The notes beneath the pieces are model-generated. The model worked only from the letters and a program-made list of their open reading frames with translations. It was not told the origin of the DNA and did no database searches. Below are positions 1-13,400 of a DNA stretch of 64,000 nt, one piece after another. Within the stretch, counting starts at the first letter, position 1. Every line of letters starts with the position of its first letter. Location of the stretch: assembly GCA_973895155.1 (NCBI GenBank), contig OZ316893.1:12478359-12542358 (forward strand). Direction: 5' to 3'. The translations under genes were made by a program, and so were the position numbers. The DNA comes from Marsupella aquatica. Taxonomy: Eukaryota > Plantae > Marchantiophyta.

Positions 1-2580
1 AGCTACGGCACACTGTTGTCGATCTGATCGCCCTACCTCGTCCAAATTGAAAAGCCCTTCCTCGTCCCACCACCAGTCCAAAGGCTTCTGTGGACCCTTA
101 GCTTCTGTCCCTGGATCCTCTGCTGGCCAGTTCTCGGGTATTGTCCTGCCATAGAAAACCTCTTAAGCACTTGATACCCGAGAGTTCAGTAGAAATTTCC
201 CATCGACGTTGAATTCTCAAATAGTTGATTTCACTCATGGGACTCAAAAAGCAAATTCTGCAGCTGGCAAATACTCCGAGTTTCCTTTTTCACTCTCAAA
301 CCTAGAATATTGGCAGAGCAACTTTTTCGGAGCTTAGATGGCGGCTGCCTTGGAGGTATGTAAGCGATGACAGTAAAGCCGAAAGAGTAACGATGACTAC
401 ACACATTCGGGTGTCCAGTATCCAGACTGGGTGCCGTCATGGACTTCCAATTGTCGTTCTTCACGTGCGGATGTTCAGCTCCACAGCCTTGAAGGCGAAA
501 ATAGCGTTTACCCGAGACAAATGATAGTGTTCGCAGAGCATGCGTTGAGAAGCGCGCTCGTATTCTGTCGAATGTGGTGTTTTGGGTGAGAAGATAAGAA
601 GGTAATAACTCTTGCAAAACCCTCACCTGATGCGATGAATAGGGTCGTCGGGGCTGAGGCTCTCCGACTCCATCCCAAATCCAGTGAAGGGTCGTCCGGC
701 TCCCAACGTTCGTGGCCGAGCCAGCTTCCCAGTGTCCCTGGTGTGTGCGATATCTCGCCACTCGTTGACCTTCCCTTAAAAAAACAAACCACATCTTATC
801 AAGGCTCAAGGGAGACGTTCCCATTCGAGAAAGATTGCGTGCAAAGAAAGAGTAATAAGAAAGAATTGAGATAACATAAGGTTTTTCGGTAATACCACAT
901 GGAGAAGGGCGTCCACAAGGCCCGGTATTTTTGCCAGGGGGCTTGAGTCCTTTCTGTTCTCGGTGTCCTTCTCCTTGAAAGAAAGCATCGTCAGAGTATT
1001 CAGGGCCCAAGTGAGCTCCCCTTTCAACCCGCTCTGCAACGCCATCACCATCCTCTTGTTGTTTTGCTCTGCAGCACCAAGGACAGCCCCAGTTCCCATC
1101 GTAGAATAACTCTCTCAGAGCAAATAATTTTCCGGTCCCCGAGCAAGAATGCACTTGCGCGTTCTTCCGATGCAATGAAACACCAGACCAGACCAGACCA
1201 GACCAGACCAGACCAGAAAAAGGGTTTTTCGACAGTATCAACCGAGAATAAAAATAGGGTTGCTGTACCCCAAGGGATAAACTTCTCCCATGCCAATGCT
1301 ACTTCTCCAGGAGTGCAGACGTACACACAAGCGAAATACCCTCTTAGCGAAATACCCTTCTCCTTCTCACTCTTTCGGACAATATGGAGTGAAGTTATCT
1401 AAGCCTTTCGGACAAAGAAGTGTAGTTTTGTGCAGTACACACTAATCTGCCGTCCACGGTTCAACAGAAGTTCGGGAGGTCCCAATCGAAGGGGAAGGAT
1501 TTCACAAGTACAAAGCGGAACAATCCCCACACACAATAACACCGCGATTCACATAATTTCAGAAAATGATGGATATTACGAACATCCTCAGCGACTGTAA
1601 GGGTATTTGTTTTACGGTGAATGGAAAGGATGGAACAACCAATAATAATCCCGTCTATTTGAACGGGCAGCCGCAAGCATTCGTTTAGCTTGCTGCCGGG
1701 AAGGTAGGCCATAGGCCACACCGAAGTGTGCCATCCATCATCCTCGAGGAAGAGGGTGAGTACGACTCTACGTCAGTCACTGAGAGATTCTCCGATTCTG
1801 CATCATATTACTGGTGTAGTCGGACTAGGACTGCTCTGGAGCCTGCTGCTGACAGCAAGTAGATCAACGGGACGGGCGGGTAATCTGGTATGGTACGCTG
1901 CCCCCACCCAGCATAGGAATCCGTGAAGGCAGAATCAGTGTTGATTCTTCTGCAGTGTAGCATTCCGTATTATTTTTTAATTGCGGGATATTGTATCATA
2001 CGAGTCAAAATAAGCTTAGATAGGCCCCGAAAGTTCCCCTCCTTCTTGCTACAAAAAAGTAAGACCCCCGGCGCCCCCTTCATTCACCTCCAATACTTAT
2101 GTTCTATGTATGCCACGCACACACTCTGCAGTGCCCAATCACCGACCGTGCATTCGATCGACTCAAGTAGCCCAAAATAGTCCGACAACCGAGAAAGAAA
2201 GGGCGATTTAGGGTACACATGAGTACTGAAATGATGTCCAGGACACGGAATTTTCGATCAATTGAAAAGACGCATTAGAGTTCAGAGAGAGTGAGTCAGG
2301 GAGAATTAGTAGTACAGGAGACCAGCATGTCCGACCAGACTACAGAAGCATCCTAAAAAATGCACAAAAACCGACCTGCGAAGGAATTCTGCACTTGTAG
2401 GGATGGGCCCAAGGAGGGCAGGGACACGGCCCCAGCCAAGCCCGAGGCATCCGGATTGCTGCCATGGTTATTATTGTTGTTGTTGGTATTATTGTTGCTG
2501 TTGTGGTGGTGGTGATTGGCGTTATGAGCCGGCCTCCCTCTCTTCGGTGCAGTCCCTCCGGGTCCCGTCTGCCCCACCAT
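1..2580 (-). CDS. LFR: Armadillo-repeat protein LEAF AND FLOWER RELATED (SWI/SNF-associated), 5' part; continues beyond the left edge
   Basis: Exons 2376-2580, 896-1068, 627-769, <1-145 with GT-AG junctions and consistent phases. Spliced peptide MVGQTGPGGTAPKRGRP...LGPSLQVQNSFA|EQNNKRMVMALQSGLKGELTWALNTLTMLSFKEK...PLAKIPGLVDALLHV|VNEWRDIA...|...DWWWDEEGLFNLDEVGRSDRQQCAVA matches the plant LFR N-terminal half as I recall it (KRGRP, ALQSGLK.E.TWALNTLT, WW.E.GLFNLD). Confidence 0.93.
1182..1216 (+). repeat. (CCAGA)n pentanucleotide microsatellite in LFR intron 1
   Basis: accagaccagaccagaccagaccagaccagaccaga seen directly. Confidence 0.9.
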
Positions 2581-3290
2581 TCTCCTTCCTCCACTCCTCC
2601 CTCCACAAGATTTCAATCAATTAGTCGGTCCTCCTAGCCCGGCTGTCCGTCCGCCTCGAATCGCCACTAACAACAGCAAACCACTGCTAAAATTCACCCA
2701 ATCTGCCTTCTGCACACATCAATCCGTCGAATTCCGGTCTACCATGTTGTAACTTTAACCGATCAGCCGTCTTCGTCGTGCATATTGCACTGCACTGTGA
2801 CGCAATGCAATGCGATTGCTCCTGCGTGCGGAATTTCACTTCCGTGACCTCATCGTCGTCACCATTTCTCACAGCCAGTACCACCGTATGGCATTGCTCA
2901 ATCTACCAGCAGCTGCACGACGACAAGCCATGACATTAAGTGATCATTCTATTCACTACTCCTACTCACTCCCGCACTTGCTGTACTGCTTTTTGCTTTG
3001 CTCCCTCGTTGTCTCGTACCGTTTGCAATGTCTGAATGAATGATGCGGAACGAGTGACCCCTGCAAATGCGACGAATGAACGGATGTATAATGGCGATTT
3101 CAGTCTTTCTTATTACCTCTTTGTCTTCGTTTTTCAGCCGAAGCAAACAAACCCAAACAAACCCTACACAAGGGGCCAGCATCAGAACAAGCGCTGGTAC
3201 TGGACATAGTTTAGGTTTAGACGTTATTGGACGTTGCATCTTTTGGACCTTACGCCGCGTTTCTCGACCTTACTATGCCACAGCTTTTTC

Positions 3291-3797
3291 TTTTTTACTA
3301 ACCTGTCCCCAAACTATCCAATATTTGTCCCTCAAACTACCCAATATTAGTAACTAGCCTGTCTTGCAAACATAACTAATTATCATCCTGCCCCCCATTT
3401 TGTGTGCGGGTTAGTGTTAACTCATATACGGGTTTGATTTGTCATGTGGGAAGTTGTTACTGGCTAGCCTACCCCGCCGTGACCCCCTTTTCCCCATCCC
3501 CGTTACAGGGCACAATTGCAGGTCCGGGAGGGGAGAAAACACATCATTTTTTGCTCCACACTCCCGTCACACAAACCCGACACTTTTGGCCCTCATTTTA
3601 CTCAGGAAACATAGCAGGGAAGGGGAAGGGGGTTGCGATGGGTTAAGGCTAGATAGTAGCAACTTACCACATGGCAACAGGAACCTATATACGAGCTAAT
3701 ACTAACCCAAATACGAAATTGGGGGTGAGTTGATAGTAATTTTTGTTTGGGGAGCATGTTAATAATGTCGGGTAGTTTGGGGACAAGTTAGTAAAAA
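3291..3797. mobile_element. Foldback / long-TIR MITE (Mutator-like, non-autonomous) about 0.7 kb upstream of the LFR ATG
   Basis: Ends tttttactaacctgtccccaaacta ... tagtttggggacaagttagtaaaaa are inverted repeats. Imperfect complementarity continues inward about 200 bp (gtcatgtgggaagttgttact / agtagcaacttaccacatggc). No ORF. TSD not clear. Confidence 0.75.
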
Positions 3798-3945
3798 CCT
3801 GTACTACGTTATGTTATTTTATTTTATTTTAGGACACTAGTATGTTATTATGACCTTACTATGTTTACTATATAAACCACCTCTATGGTTTAAAGGTTTT
3901 ACATAATAGCATCTCCAACCCAGTACCTTCAAACTACCTCTATAA

Positions 3946-4282
3946 GGGCATCTCCAACCCTACTGGATAGGTTTACTATAACTGCGTTGACCAAACCCTA
4001 TTGGATTCTATTTTTTGGTTCCCCTATCTATATGTGGACGAGATTATAAACTAGTTGACTCTCTATTGGGTTCCTTGTAAGGACGAGATTATAAACTAGT
4101 TGACTCTCTATTGGGTTCTTTGTAAGGTTGTTACTCTTGTTTTCTAGGAAAGTTACCCCATGAAGATTGGGGCTGTTTTTCAGTTTGCCACTATAGCTAC
4201 ATACATAAACAAAAAACAAGACATTATCAGACTGGGATTTTTATGTACCTAGTAACCAAAATGTCATAGGGGTGGAGATGCT
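3946..4282. mobile_element. Tourist/PIF-Harbinger-like MITE
   Basis: TAA|gggcatctccaaccc ... gggtggagatgct|TAA. Internal 38-bp tandem duplication (ggacgagattataaactagttgactctctattgggttc at ~4036 and ~4081). An extra left-TIR remnant lies at ~3908. Confidence 0.7.
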
Positions 4283-4452
4283 TAAACCACTACTCCCGGT
4301 ATACAAGGACCTTTGGTACTGTACTGCCATTCATGCTGGGCAGGGCACTTAGAACCCAGGATGGGGGAGGACTGGCTGGAAACTTGAAATTTCATCTAAT
4401 TTTATTCTCAAAAATATTTACTAATTTTTGAAATGGAAAATACCCAGTAGTA

Positions 4453-4720
4453 GATCTCATTGAGATCTTTCTTTTGCACCCTAGATTGTCTTCTAACATG
4501 GATGGATAAGATTTCTAGAGACAATACAAAATAGACGGCAAAGATTGTAAAACCAACAATATCAACGGCTAGGAGAGCTTGGAGTTTTTTTATTTTTCAT
4601 TTGAAAAAGATTAACCCATTTACAAAACGGAAAAAACCCATCCATAGATCTCTTTGAGATCTTTCTTTTGAGCCATAGATTGGCCACTATGATGGACGGA
4701 CGAGATTTCTAGAGACAAAA
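4453..4720. repeat. Two imperfect ~70-bp direct repeats, probably TE subterminal repeats
   Basis: atctcattgagatctttcttttg...agatttctagagacaa at ~4453-4523 and again at ~4647-4718. Confidence 0.6.
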
Positions 4721-5567
4721 AATGCAGACGGCTCAGATCGACCCTTCCCCCCAAAATTCAAATTTCAAATTTGGCTAATCAGATTGCACCTTTAGTTTTT
4801 TTTGTTATTTCTTACAAAATATCCAACCATTTTGCCTGCTTTTTTTTGTACAGAGGTGGATCTCAAGGAGACCTACAATTTGAGCCATAGATCTGATCAG
4901 TCTGATGGCTCTGATCAGTCTGATGGCTGAGGGTAGGTGCAGCTATCAATGCAAATTGGACAGCTCTAGGGAGGAGCTGCTCTGCTGCCCGATGTTTCAG
5001 GCACTGGATACACTTGGTATGAGGACCTCCGGGTAACCTGAAGCCCCTTATACTCATAGGTGGGGTTAAAGGGGGGCTTGCCTCCAAGAGATTAATTTGC
5101 CTAGGTCAACAACGCACCTACCCTCCACAGCCTGTTCCCATGCACTTCCCATCATACTATTTCCCATCATACTATTTCATACCCTAAAAACTTGTTGTGG
5201 GAATTAGCACATTATTGTTTCTGGTTTGCCCTAGGGGATTCTATCTTACACACTTGAAGGGTTTCCCCCTCAAGCTATGGCCCCAGTTGTACACCGGAGT
5301 TTCTTGGCCCCCAAAAACTATTCCAGGATCAGTCATTAAGCATGTATGGGTGACCTTATAACTTAAGGAGAGTTTAATCAGTAAAAACATTATGTAGCAA
5401 TCTGTGAAAGACTACGAGTGTGAAAAATGTCTCCATCCATCCTTATTGCAATGGTTGTATCTTTGCTGGACCTTGGAGAAACCCCACAAATTAGACCGGC
5501 TTGTCCTGCATGCCTTTGCTAGGACCTTGTCTCCTAAATCTGCATGGGATGTTTATTTATTTATTTA

Positions 5568-5900
5568 CTAGCCCAATGCTTGTGCATAACATGTCAAGGA
5601 GAGGCAAAGATGTCAATGAGAGACAAAGAGGAAAAGATGTCAAGGTGATCCAAGATGTCAATGAGAAACAAAGATTTTAAGGCAAGGCAAACTAATATGT
5701 CAAGGAGAAGGAAAAATGTTGAGGTAAGACAAAAATGTCAAGAAGAGGCAAAGAAATGTTGGTAAGTTTGTTGTCATTCCAATGGTGTAATGTGTAGTCA
5801 TGTTTGTTGGTGCGGATTTCTCATAATTTTGATTGGGTGGTTTTTGTTGGAAAAATGCTATCGTTTTGGTCAGTGAGGGCAAGTCAAGGTGAGGTGCAAG
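5568..5900 (-). mobile_element. Helitron 3' end with AGATGTCAAGG-type minisatellite (same family as 29956-33277)
   Basis: Minus strand reads a degenerate hairpin ...tgcacaagcattggg-CTAG|T ending at 5568. It abuts arrays of agatgtcaa(g/t)g units like those at 29996-30090 and 32540-33120. Confidence 0.55.
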
Positions 5901-8867
5901 GATGCAAGACGGGACATGCCAGCATTTTGTTGCAAAAAGGTTACTTATCCTTTTGGTTGTTGGGGAGAGCGAGTTAAGGCAAGGGTGCACAGATGCGAGA
6001 CATTTCACGGCAGCATAACCTGGCAAAGTCCAAACATGGCCGCCCCATAGGGGGAAAATTTTGTTTTGGGTTTTTTGTCTTTTTTGAATTTCTTGTTCCC
6101 TAGCCTTTCTGTTATGGGCAGACGGGCAACGCCAAGTGCAATCACACATAACACAAAGTACTTTGCAATCTTGTGAGACACAATGTGTACCTTGCGGGCA
6201 TGTGTACCTATGATATGGGGCTATAGGCAGATTTACCGCCATGGTACAGGCTGCAAGCATATTGTTGCTTCTTTGACCGCAGCAATGTGTTGCTACCCGG
6301 TGCGGTTCGTCTTCTTCATAAAGAGATCTGGTAAGTGCAAGGGCTAGCTTGGTCGCAGCCATCTTCTTGCAGTTGTGAAACATTACACTGAAAAATTTGG
6401 TATTTTCTACTTCTATTAATATTAAAACTCCAACCCAAAATAGTCCTTTACAAAATAGAGTCTAGTTTGTGGACCTGTCTTTTATGTATGGTTAGGCCTG
6501 GAAGGACTAGAAGTGAGGGGAATTTCCAATTTGGGAAGCTGCATCAGGTTTTTTAGAGTACCTTTTGTCTCTTTGTTGTTAAAGTGGAGAAAATGTATCA
6601 AGTGATAGTCTCGGTGATAGTTGAAACACACTATTTTAATACTGCATTGGATCAGTTAAATACACACTTCAGCTTGGACTTAGTGAAAGCCTGTCAAAAT
6701 GTACTTAGAGCCATTAGTGTGATGTCTTTTTGTATGTTTCATGCGTGGTCCCTTAATTTGGAGTATACAGGGTACAATTTGGGTCCCTTTTCAATTCTAA
6801 GAGCAAAGTATTTCTCACTTCTATGCTTCCAACCGCGCTTAAGGTGAGGATTACCTAGCTACTGTAGTGGATTTATTAAAGTATTGCAAAATCAATTACT
6901 AAAGTGCAAATTCTCAAATATGACCGTACAATTCTCAAGTATGACTGTCTAAGATTTACTGTAAAATTAATTCTCCAATCCGTTCAAGACTGTTTGCATT
7001 TTTGGGCTGTATTTTATGGAAAGAATGTCGGGGAGTATGTATGACTTGGGTGCTCTTCCACCAGACTATCCTATGTTCTTATTTGACATGCACCTTTGAT
7101 GAAACTAGCCACTTTTGGTAGTTAAGGGAACCATTCCTCCCTGATCAACATGCAATTAGCTATAGTCTTGGTGGTAGTCTTGTCTCTAGTCTTGCTTGAT
7201 AGTTGATTCCTTTGTACCTTATGTAAGGCTTCCAAAGTAACGCAAGGAGCACATTTTGCCAGACTAAGGATTTTTTAGAATGTTACATGTTGCGTGTATT
7301 TGAGGTCCAAGGGAAAAACCTAAGACACCTTGTTAAAGCATTGAGCTCAAGTAGCAGTATCGGTAAGAGCTTCAGGCAACAGCCAGCAACAGCAGCATCG
7401 AGCAGCACAACATCCACCACCAAGCATGTGCATTTTGGTATGGTCACTGACTAGAATGTCTTTTCTCTTTTCAAGCACTACTAAGGTAACTCATATTGTA
7501 GAGTTATAGGGCCAATCACCCATCTTTTTATAGGCTGCTAACAAAAACTTAGATTGAGCATAGGACATTTAAAAAAAATGACCTGACATCTTGATTACTT
7601 TCCCCAGTGAATAGTCAAAGTCATCACCTCTGACAGAAACCTCACCTTTGAGGTCCATTTTTATTTTTGGTGTAAATTCACTGATCACTCATGGAAATGT
7701 GCAGAAACAAAGTTTCAATCCATCCTGGCTTCAATGTCAATTCTATATTGAGCCAGTATTTTACCATATGAAAATTCAGCTTTTAATTGCATTGTCACTA
7801 AAGATATTCAAATTGATAATAGTGCCATGGTTTTTATTGTATTTACAAATATGCCACGGTTTTGTACAAGTTCATCAAAGTAACAAATTAGAACATTGTT
7901 ACTGGAAAGTAACATTTCAAGTAAACAAAGAAAATGGTAAATTAGGGTGAAAGAAAATAATCTTTGGATAAGTTGTGATTGATATATGAGTGTTTTCTGG
8001 TAATCCGTTTCAGTTTCTTAATTTAATTTATACATTTTTGAAATAATGATAAGTAGAAAGCAACTCTTCAACTACTCTAACATTTACAAAGGTAACATAA
8101 GAAACACAAGAAACTTTTCAACTTGTCTTTTCAACTTCTCTAACATTTACCAAGGTAACTTAAGAATTTGACTTATGTGTGGATAGAAGAATAAGAAACG
8201 AAGGTAAGAAACACTAGAACTACTATGGGTAGAGGAATACCAAGAGACTCTAAGACCTTTCAACTACTATGGACAAAACAATATTTTGAATGAACTATAT
8301 GAAATGTTACATACATGTATTCTGACTATAGACATAAGGGTACTAAGGGAAACTTTTTGCATGGAGTATTACCCTTGGTATTTCCATGAATATACTCCTA
8401 TTTGTCTTCAATGAAATCATCCTAACTATGTTTATAATTGATTTCATTTATAACCCTTCATTTAATCTTTGTCCTCTCATCTATCCATTTCAATGTGCAA
8501 TTCTGCATGGTTCCAAATAGTTCAATAAAACAAGCTTAGGTAACCCAGGGGTACTCCAACTAACTAACAACAATGGAGGTATTGTAAATAAGAACATCTT
8601 TAGTGGCCATGTAATTAAAAGCTGAACTAAAATTATAACAAGAAAGACAAGAAATGGCATTAAGTAGCTACACACAAGTTTTGGGATTTATTTCACTTCT
8701 CACTTATCCAGGGTTCAGTGTCTCATAGCGGTCTGAAACTGCACTTTCTTGGTTGAGGCCGTGAATAGCGTGTGTGAATCGGGAAAGGTCCCGGCGAGTG
8801 GGGGGGACAAAGGACCGGCGCTTCTTTGACGGAAACAGTGTGCGGCAGGGCCAAGTCCTCACACGGA

Positions 8868-9066
8868 GGGACGGCCCTCGAAGCAGCGGGGAGGACTGTA
8901 GTAGTAGTAGTAGTAGTAGTAGTGACGGTAGAGGGACGGCCCTCGAAGCAGCGGGGAGGACTGTAGACTGTAGTAGTAGTAGTGGTGACGGTAGAGGGAC
9001 GGCCCTCGAAGCAACGGGGAGGACTGTAGACTGTAGTAGTAGTAGTACTGACGGTAGAGGGACGGC
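8868..9066. repeat. Compound minisatellite: three ~60-65-bp units, each containing a (TAG)n microsatellite
   Basis: Unit gggacggccctcgaagca(g/a)cggggaggactgtag...tagtagtag...gacggtaga repeated three times plus a partial copy. Confidence 0.9.
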
Positions 9067-10409
9067 GAAAGCGAAAGACCTCCACTGTTTGTTTAGTTCG
9101 GCTGGCAATGCCTCTTGTGGCGCTCCAGAGAAGCGAGACATGATTGCATCGCAGCACACTCTTTCGAGAGATCGACGAAAAGCCAGGCTGGTGCTGTGCA
9201 GACTGCGGAGTGCCGACTGCTGCGGAAGTGCGGGTCGTGTCCAATTTTTCGCAGACGGTGCGATATCATCCCCGATCGATCTGCAGCCCGACCTCCCCGA
9301 TCGTCCCATGCTGGAGCGCAAGATGCACTTCAGACCGGGTGATCGTGTTTGCGCTGATTGACGACGACGCGGGCTGTAGCGAATGCATTTCTGGCTGTTG
9401 GATCAACGAGACGCAAGTGTGAGTTTCTTTTTCATCTTGAAGTTCCAAGGATCTGAGAGATCTTGGGACGTCCGTTCTTCGGGAAAGGCAGAGAAAGGCA
9501 TTGCGGTATTATTGCACTTACGAACGGTTGTGTCGTTGTTGTCGTTGTTGTTGTTTAAGGATGGCTTGTTTAAAGATGCACTTATTAACGTAGAGTGTGC
9601 TGCGGATCGTTGGAATGAATTCGGCGCATCGCAGTTGCTACCACTGTGTTTTTCTTCTCCTTCGCCTGAGTCGGGGAACTAGTGAACTCTCTCATATCAT
9701 TTCTCGTCAACGAACAACATCAACGACCACGGGAAAGAAGGCGCGGGAGCGGGAAGGAACAAGACTTGAGTGGCGGTAAGGGCAGTCCGGTCTACGGCAG
9801 GCCGTCGAATCTGGAATATGCTCCAGTTTTAAACGTACTGTATTTTGTCGAGAGGTTTGTCGAGAGGCGGTGGTCCTTTTACTTTGAAGTAGGGAAGGAC
9901 AGCGAGGAAAAAAAAGGAAAGGAAGGGGGAAAGGAGCAGACGACGACGAGAGGAGGAGGCCTTTCTCTTCTTCTTCAGTTCCATCTTGCTTGGTCTTCCC
10001 GGAACAGGTAGGCAGGAAGGCAGCTAGGAAGGCGGAGGGCAGGCATGCGGTCTGCGGGAGTGGCACGGAAGCAGGCAGGGGACTGTAGGTACTCTCGTTT
10101 CTTAGTTGTCCAAGTTTGGTAGAGTTAGAAGCGGCTTATTGACATGGATGGCAAACAGCAGCAGCAGAGGTAGAGAAAGTGAGTCAAATCATGCATGGTC
10201 ACGGGCGGCCTGGGAGGGAGAGATGGATGCAGGTTGTCTAATGCTGTCCAGATGGCAATGAACTTCGGGAGCAGATTTCAGTAGAGATAACGTCGACAGA
10301 GGAAGAAGGGAAGAGGAAGGAAATTGTGGTAAGGGGCAGGGCTAGGCAGGGCAGGACAGGATAGGGCTTCGGATTCAATTAGTTTGCGACAGGCGGGCAG
10401 AACTGAGGT

Positions 10410-13400
10410 ATGGCGGACGCAGGGTCCGGGGGGCAGACGGTGTCCGCGGCGGGGCAGGCGGGACGTCGAGATCCATATGAGGTGCTTGGAGTCACTCGAG
10501 ATGCCACGGATATACAAATCAAATCTGCATATCGAAAGCTGGCGTTGAAGTAAGAAAATAAATCAGAAAGAGTTTCCATCGCAGAAAATAATTAATTTCC
10601 ACTCGGATAACTATACGAATTGTCTTTGGGGATCTTACAAATATAATTTTTTTGTAAATCAGTGGAATCACGTTCTTGTAGCCGTGGTTTGGACGTTCTC
10701 TCTTCCCTTCGCTTCACTGGAACAAATATTTGTCGACAGATTCTGTGTCGGTGTCACTCACCCCGTGTTATGTTTTCTCGCACCTCACAGTCCTAGATGA
10801 ACCAAGTTGCAGTAATGTACCTTTAAAATGAGACGTATGAAGCACTAGTTGTGTACAGTCCAGCTCGTCAATTCCTTGTTTCCCGTCATGAATGGAGTGG
10901 GTTACTACACTGATCAGCTCTGCGGTCTTTTAGCATGAGGTTTGGATAGATATTGTTGAATTGGAATGGCGTCTTCCTCCTTCATCCTTCCGTCTAAAAG
11001 CTTGTAGGTTGGTGGGGGTCCAGCAATGTCTCTGTTCGATAAAGGTCCAAAGGCAACGGCTAAGACCCTTCGCTATTTTGTTCTCTGTTTTGTCAGTGCC
11101 TTTCGTTCCTAAATTTGATGATTTTGCAGGTATCACCCAGACAAAAATACGAGTAATCCTGAAGCATCTGAATTGTTCAAAGAAGTTGCTTACTCCTATG
11201 GAATTCTCTCAGATCCAGAGAAACGGAGGCAGTATGATGCAGCCGGCTTCGAGGTATCTAAGCTGTTTAGCACTAGATACAAGCTTCAGTGTATTGTCAG
11301 AATTCTCCACACAGACAACGAGCGTCGCTTTCCAGATAGAAAGGGGGCGGGGGGGGGGGGGAAGGGCGATTTGTTTACCTCGTGCTGTGATCTCATTAGT
11401 TATGTCGCAGAATTTCTGCAGTATAGCGGTTTTAATTTCCCCTTGACCTTCTTCGTCACCTAAGACGCCCATTAGTTGGAACAAAAATAATACGAAATAT
11501 AGTAGATGAGGTCATTCCTCATGCGCTGGCTATCCACCTTCGAAGCAATGATTGCATACAAAATTGCAATGAGATGGTAGATTAATTGATTTCTCAGGAC
11601 TTATGTCGACATTGTTATTCCACATGACTAGGCCGTCGATCTTGATGGTATTGACATGGAGCTTGACCTGTCGAATCTTGGTACCGTAAATACTATGTTC
11701 GCGGCCCTGTTTAGGTGAATTTCTCTACTGTGTCACGGACCTTACGTTTTTGAAATGCATATCTACTCGATAATGTTCTCGTAATGCCGGTGGCTCTCCA
11801 CGAGTAATGCCGGTGGCCATCCAGAAAATGATTTCTGTTCACTTTGAAAGTTTGAACTCTTTATCGTCAAAAGTATTAACAGTTGGAACCATGACATTTG
11901 GGTTTTCGGTTCCCAGCAAGTTGGGTGTCCCCATCAAGACTACCATCTCAGCAAACGTTCTTGAGGAGGCCCTTAATAACACAGTGACAGTCAGACCTTT
12001 GCCTTTGGGGCGTCCACTGAACGATAAGGTAAACGATTTCCTAAAGGAAGGTTCGCATAGACTTTGTCTTGAAATGAACTCAGAATGCTGGGACCATGCC
12101 TCGTTCCTAAGTGGACAGATCTTGCTGCTATATTCTGTCATAGTGAGGTGTGCGTTTGGTGACGACATCTCAGGTCGAGAAGCAAGGCGCACACTTCTAT
12201 GGTGTGACTGTCACTGAAGCCCAAGCAGAGGCGGGAGTTGTTGTCCGTGTGATTTCCGCTGCCCAAAGTAAATTCAAGGTAGTGGATTTTGATTTTGATT
12301 TTGATTTTTTCATTGAGGCCATCTCGGAGTTCCATGTTTCTCATTCTTTCTGTATAATGTGTTATGGTCGGAATGTATCAATTAAGCTCATTTGCCTTGG
12401 ATGCTGTGAACAGCTTCTCTACTTCGAGCCTGAGGAGCATGGTGGTCTCGGATTGGCTTTGCAGGTACTCCAGTCTCCATACGATTTCTGTTTATTTACG
12501 AAAAGGTTGTCAGGCATTTATGTTATGTGCTGAGTATTGACTTAACTGTAGACCTTCTTGGAAAGTTTTGAGAAATGATTGAAGAGTACGGAAATCCTTT
12601 CCAGCTGACTGTTGTTTGGCTCATTTAACAGGAGGATAGTGTGAAGACTGGAAAAGTGACATCGGCTGGATTTTACTTTCTACATTTTCAAGTGTATCGC
12701 TTGGACCCAACTGTTAATGCTGTGAGTATCCCTGCTGAAGCTAATCAAACGTTCATAGTTGACAATTGCACTTAGCAACACGTAGGGCTAGCTTTTCTGA
12801 TGCCCAAGCGATAACTTCTGTGTTTTTTTGCATGAAGGGCACGTGTGCGTAAAATTGTAACAGTAGTGTGCAGGACATAATGCCATCACAACATGGACTA
12901 GGAAGACTGGCCCTATTTACTGGATAAAATCAGGATTTATGTGGACGACGAAATCTGGGCTTCACGGATAGATTTGAAGGCTGAGAAGATATTTGAAGAT
13001 GATGTTTGGCTTTTTTGGGAAGATCTACATACTAAGACAGTCATACTTTAGATTTCCTGAAGACTCGGGTTTTTCCTGCAGCTAGCTATTGCTAAAGATC
13101 CAGATGCAGCTTTCTTCAAGAAGTTAGAAGGGCTCCAACCTGTTGAGATGTCTGAGCTGAAAGCTGGGCCACACTATTTTGCTGTCTATGGTACGCAAAC
13201 TTCCATTGAGGTTCTTAAAATCTTGCCAGAAAATTGAAGTTAAGAAGTTTACCTTGACGGGGGGACCGGATAAACTGGAGGCCAGTTGTTCTCGTGTGGA
13301 ACTTTACTTCGTGAGCATTGCGTCAAAATGGATCTTGCGCTCACTGTTGATGAATACAGTGAAGATTGGCCTCTACTTGACCCCGATTGTACTATTCGCC

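Noticed and set aside
231-1241. 336-aa ORF on the minus strand
   Set aside because: It overlaps LFR exons in a different frame and runs through introns and a CCAGA microsatellite; no recognisable domain.
5700-6383. 227-aa ORF
   Set aside because: It lies in repeat-derived sequence with no motif or splice support.
4288-6870. CACTA element (cactact at 4288, gtagtg at ~6864)
   Set aside because: Complementarity is limited to about 6 bp, with no matching 3-bp TSD and no transposase remnant.
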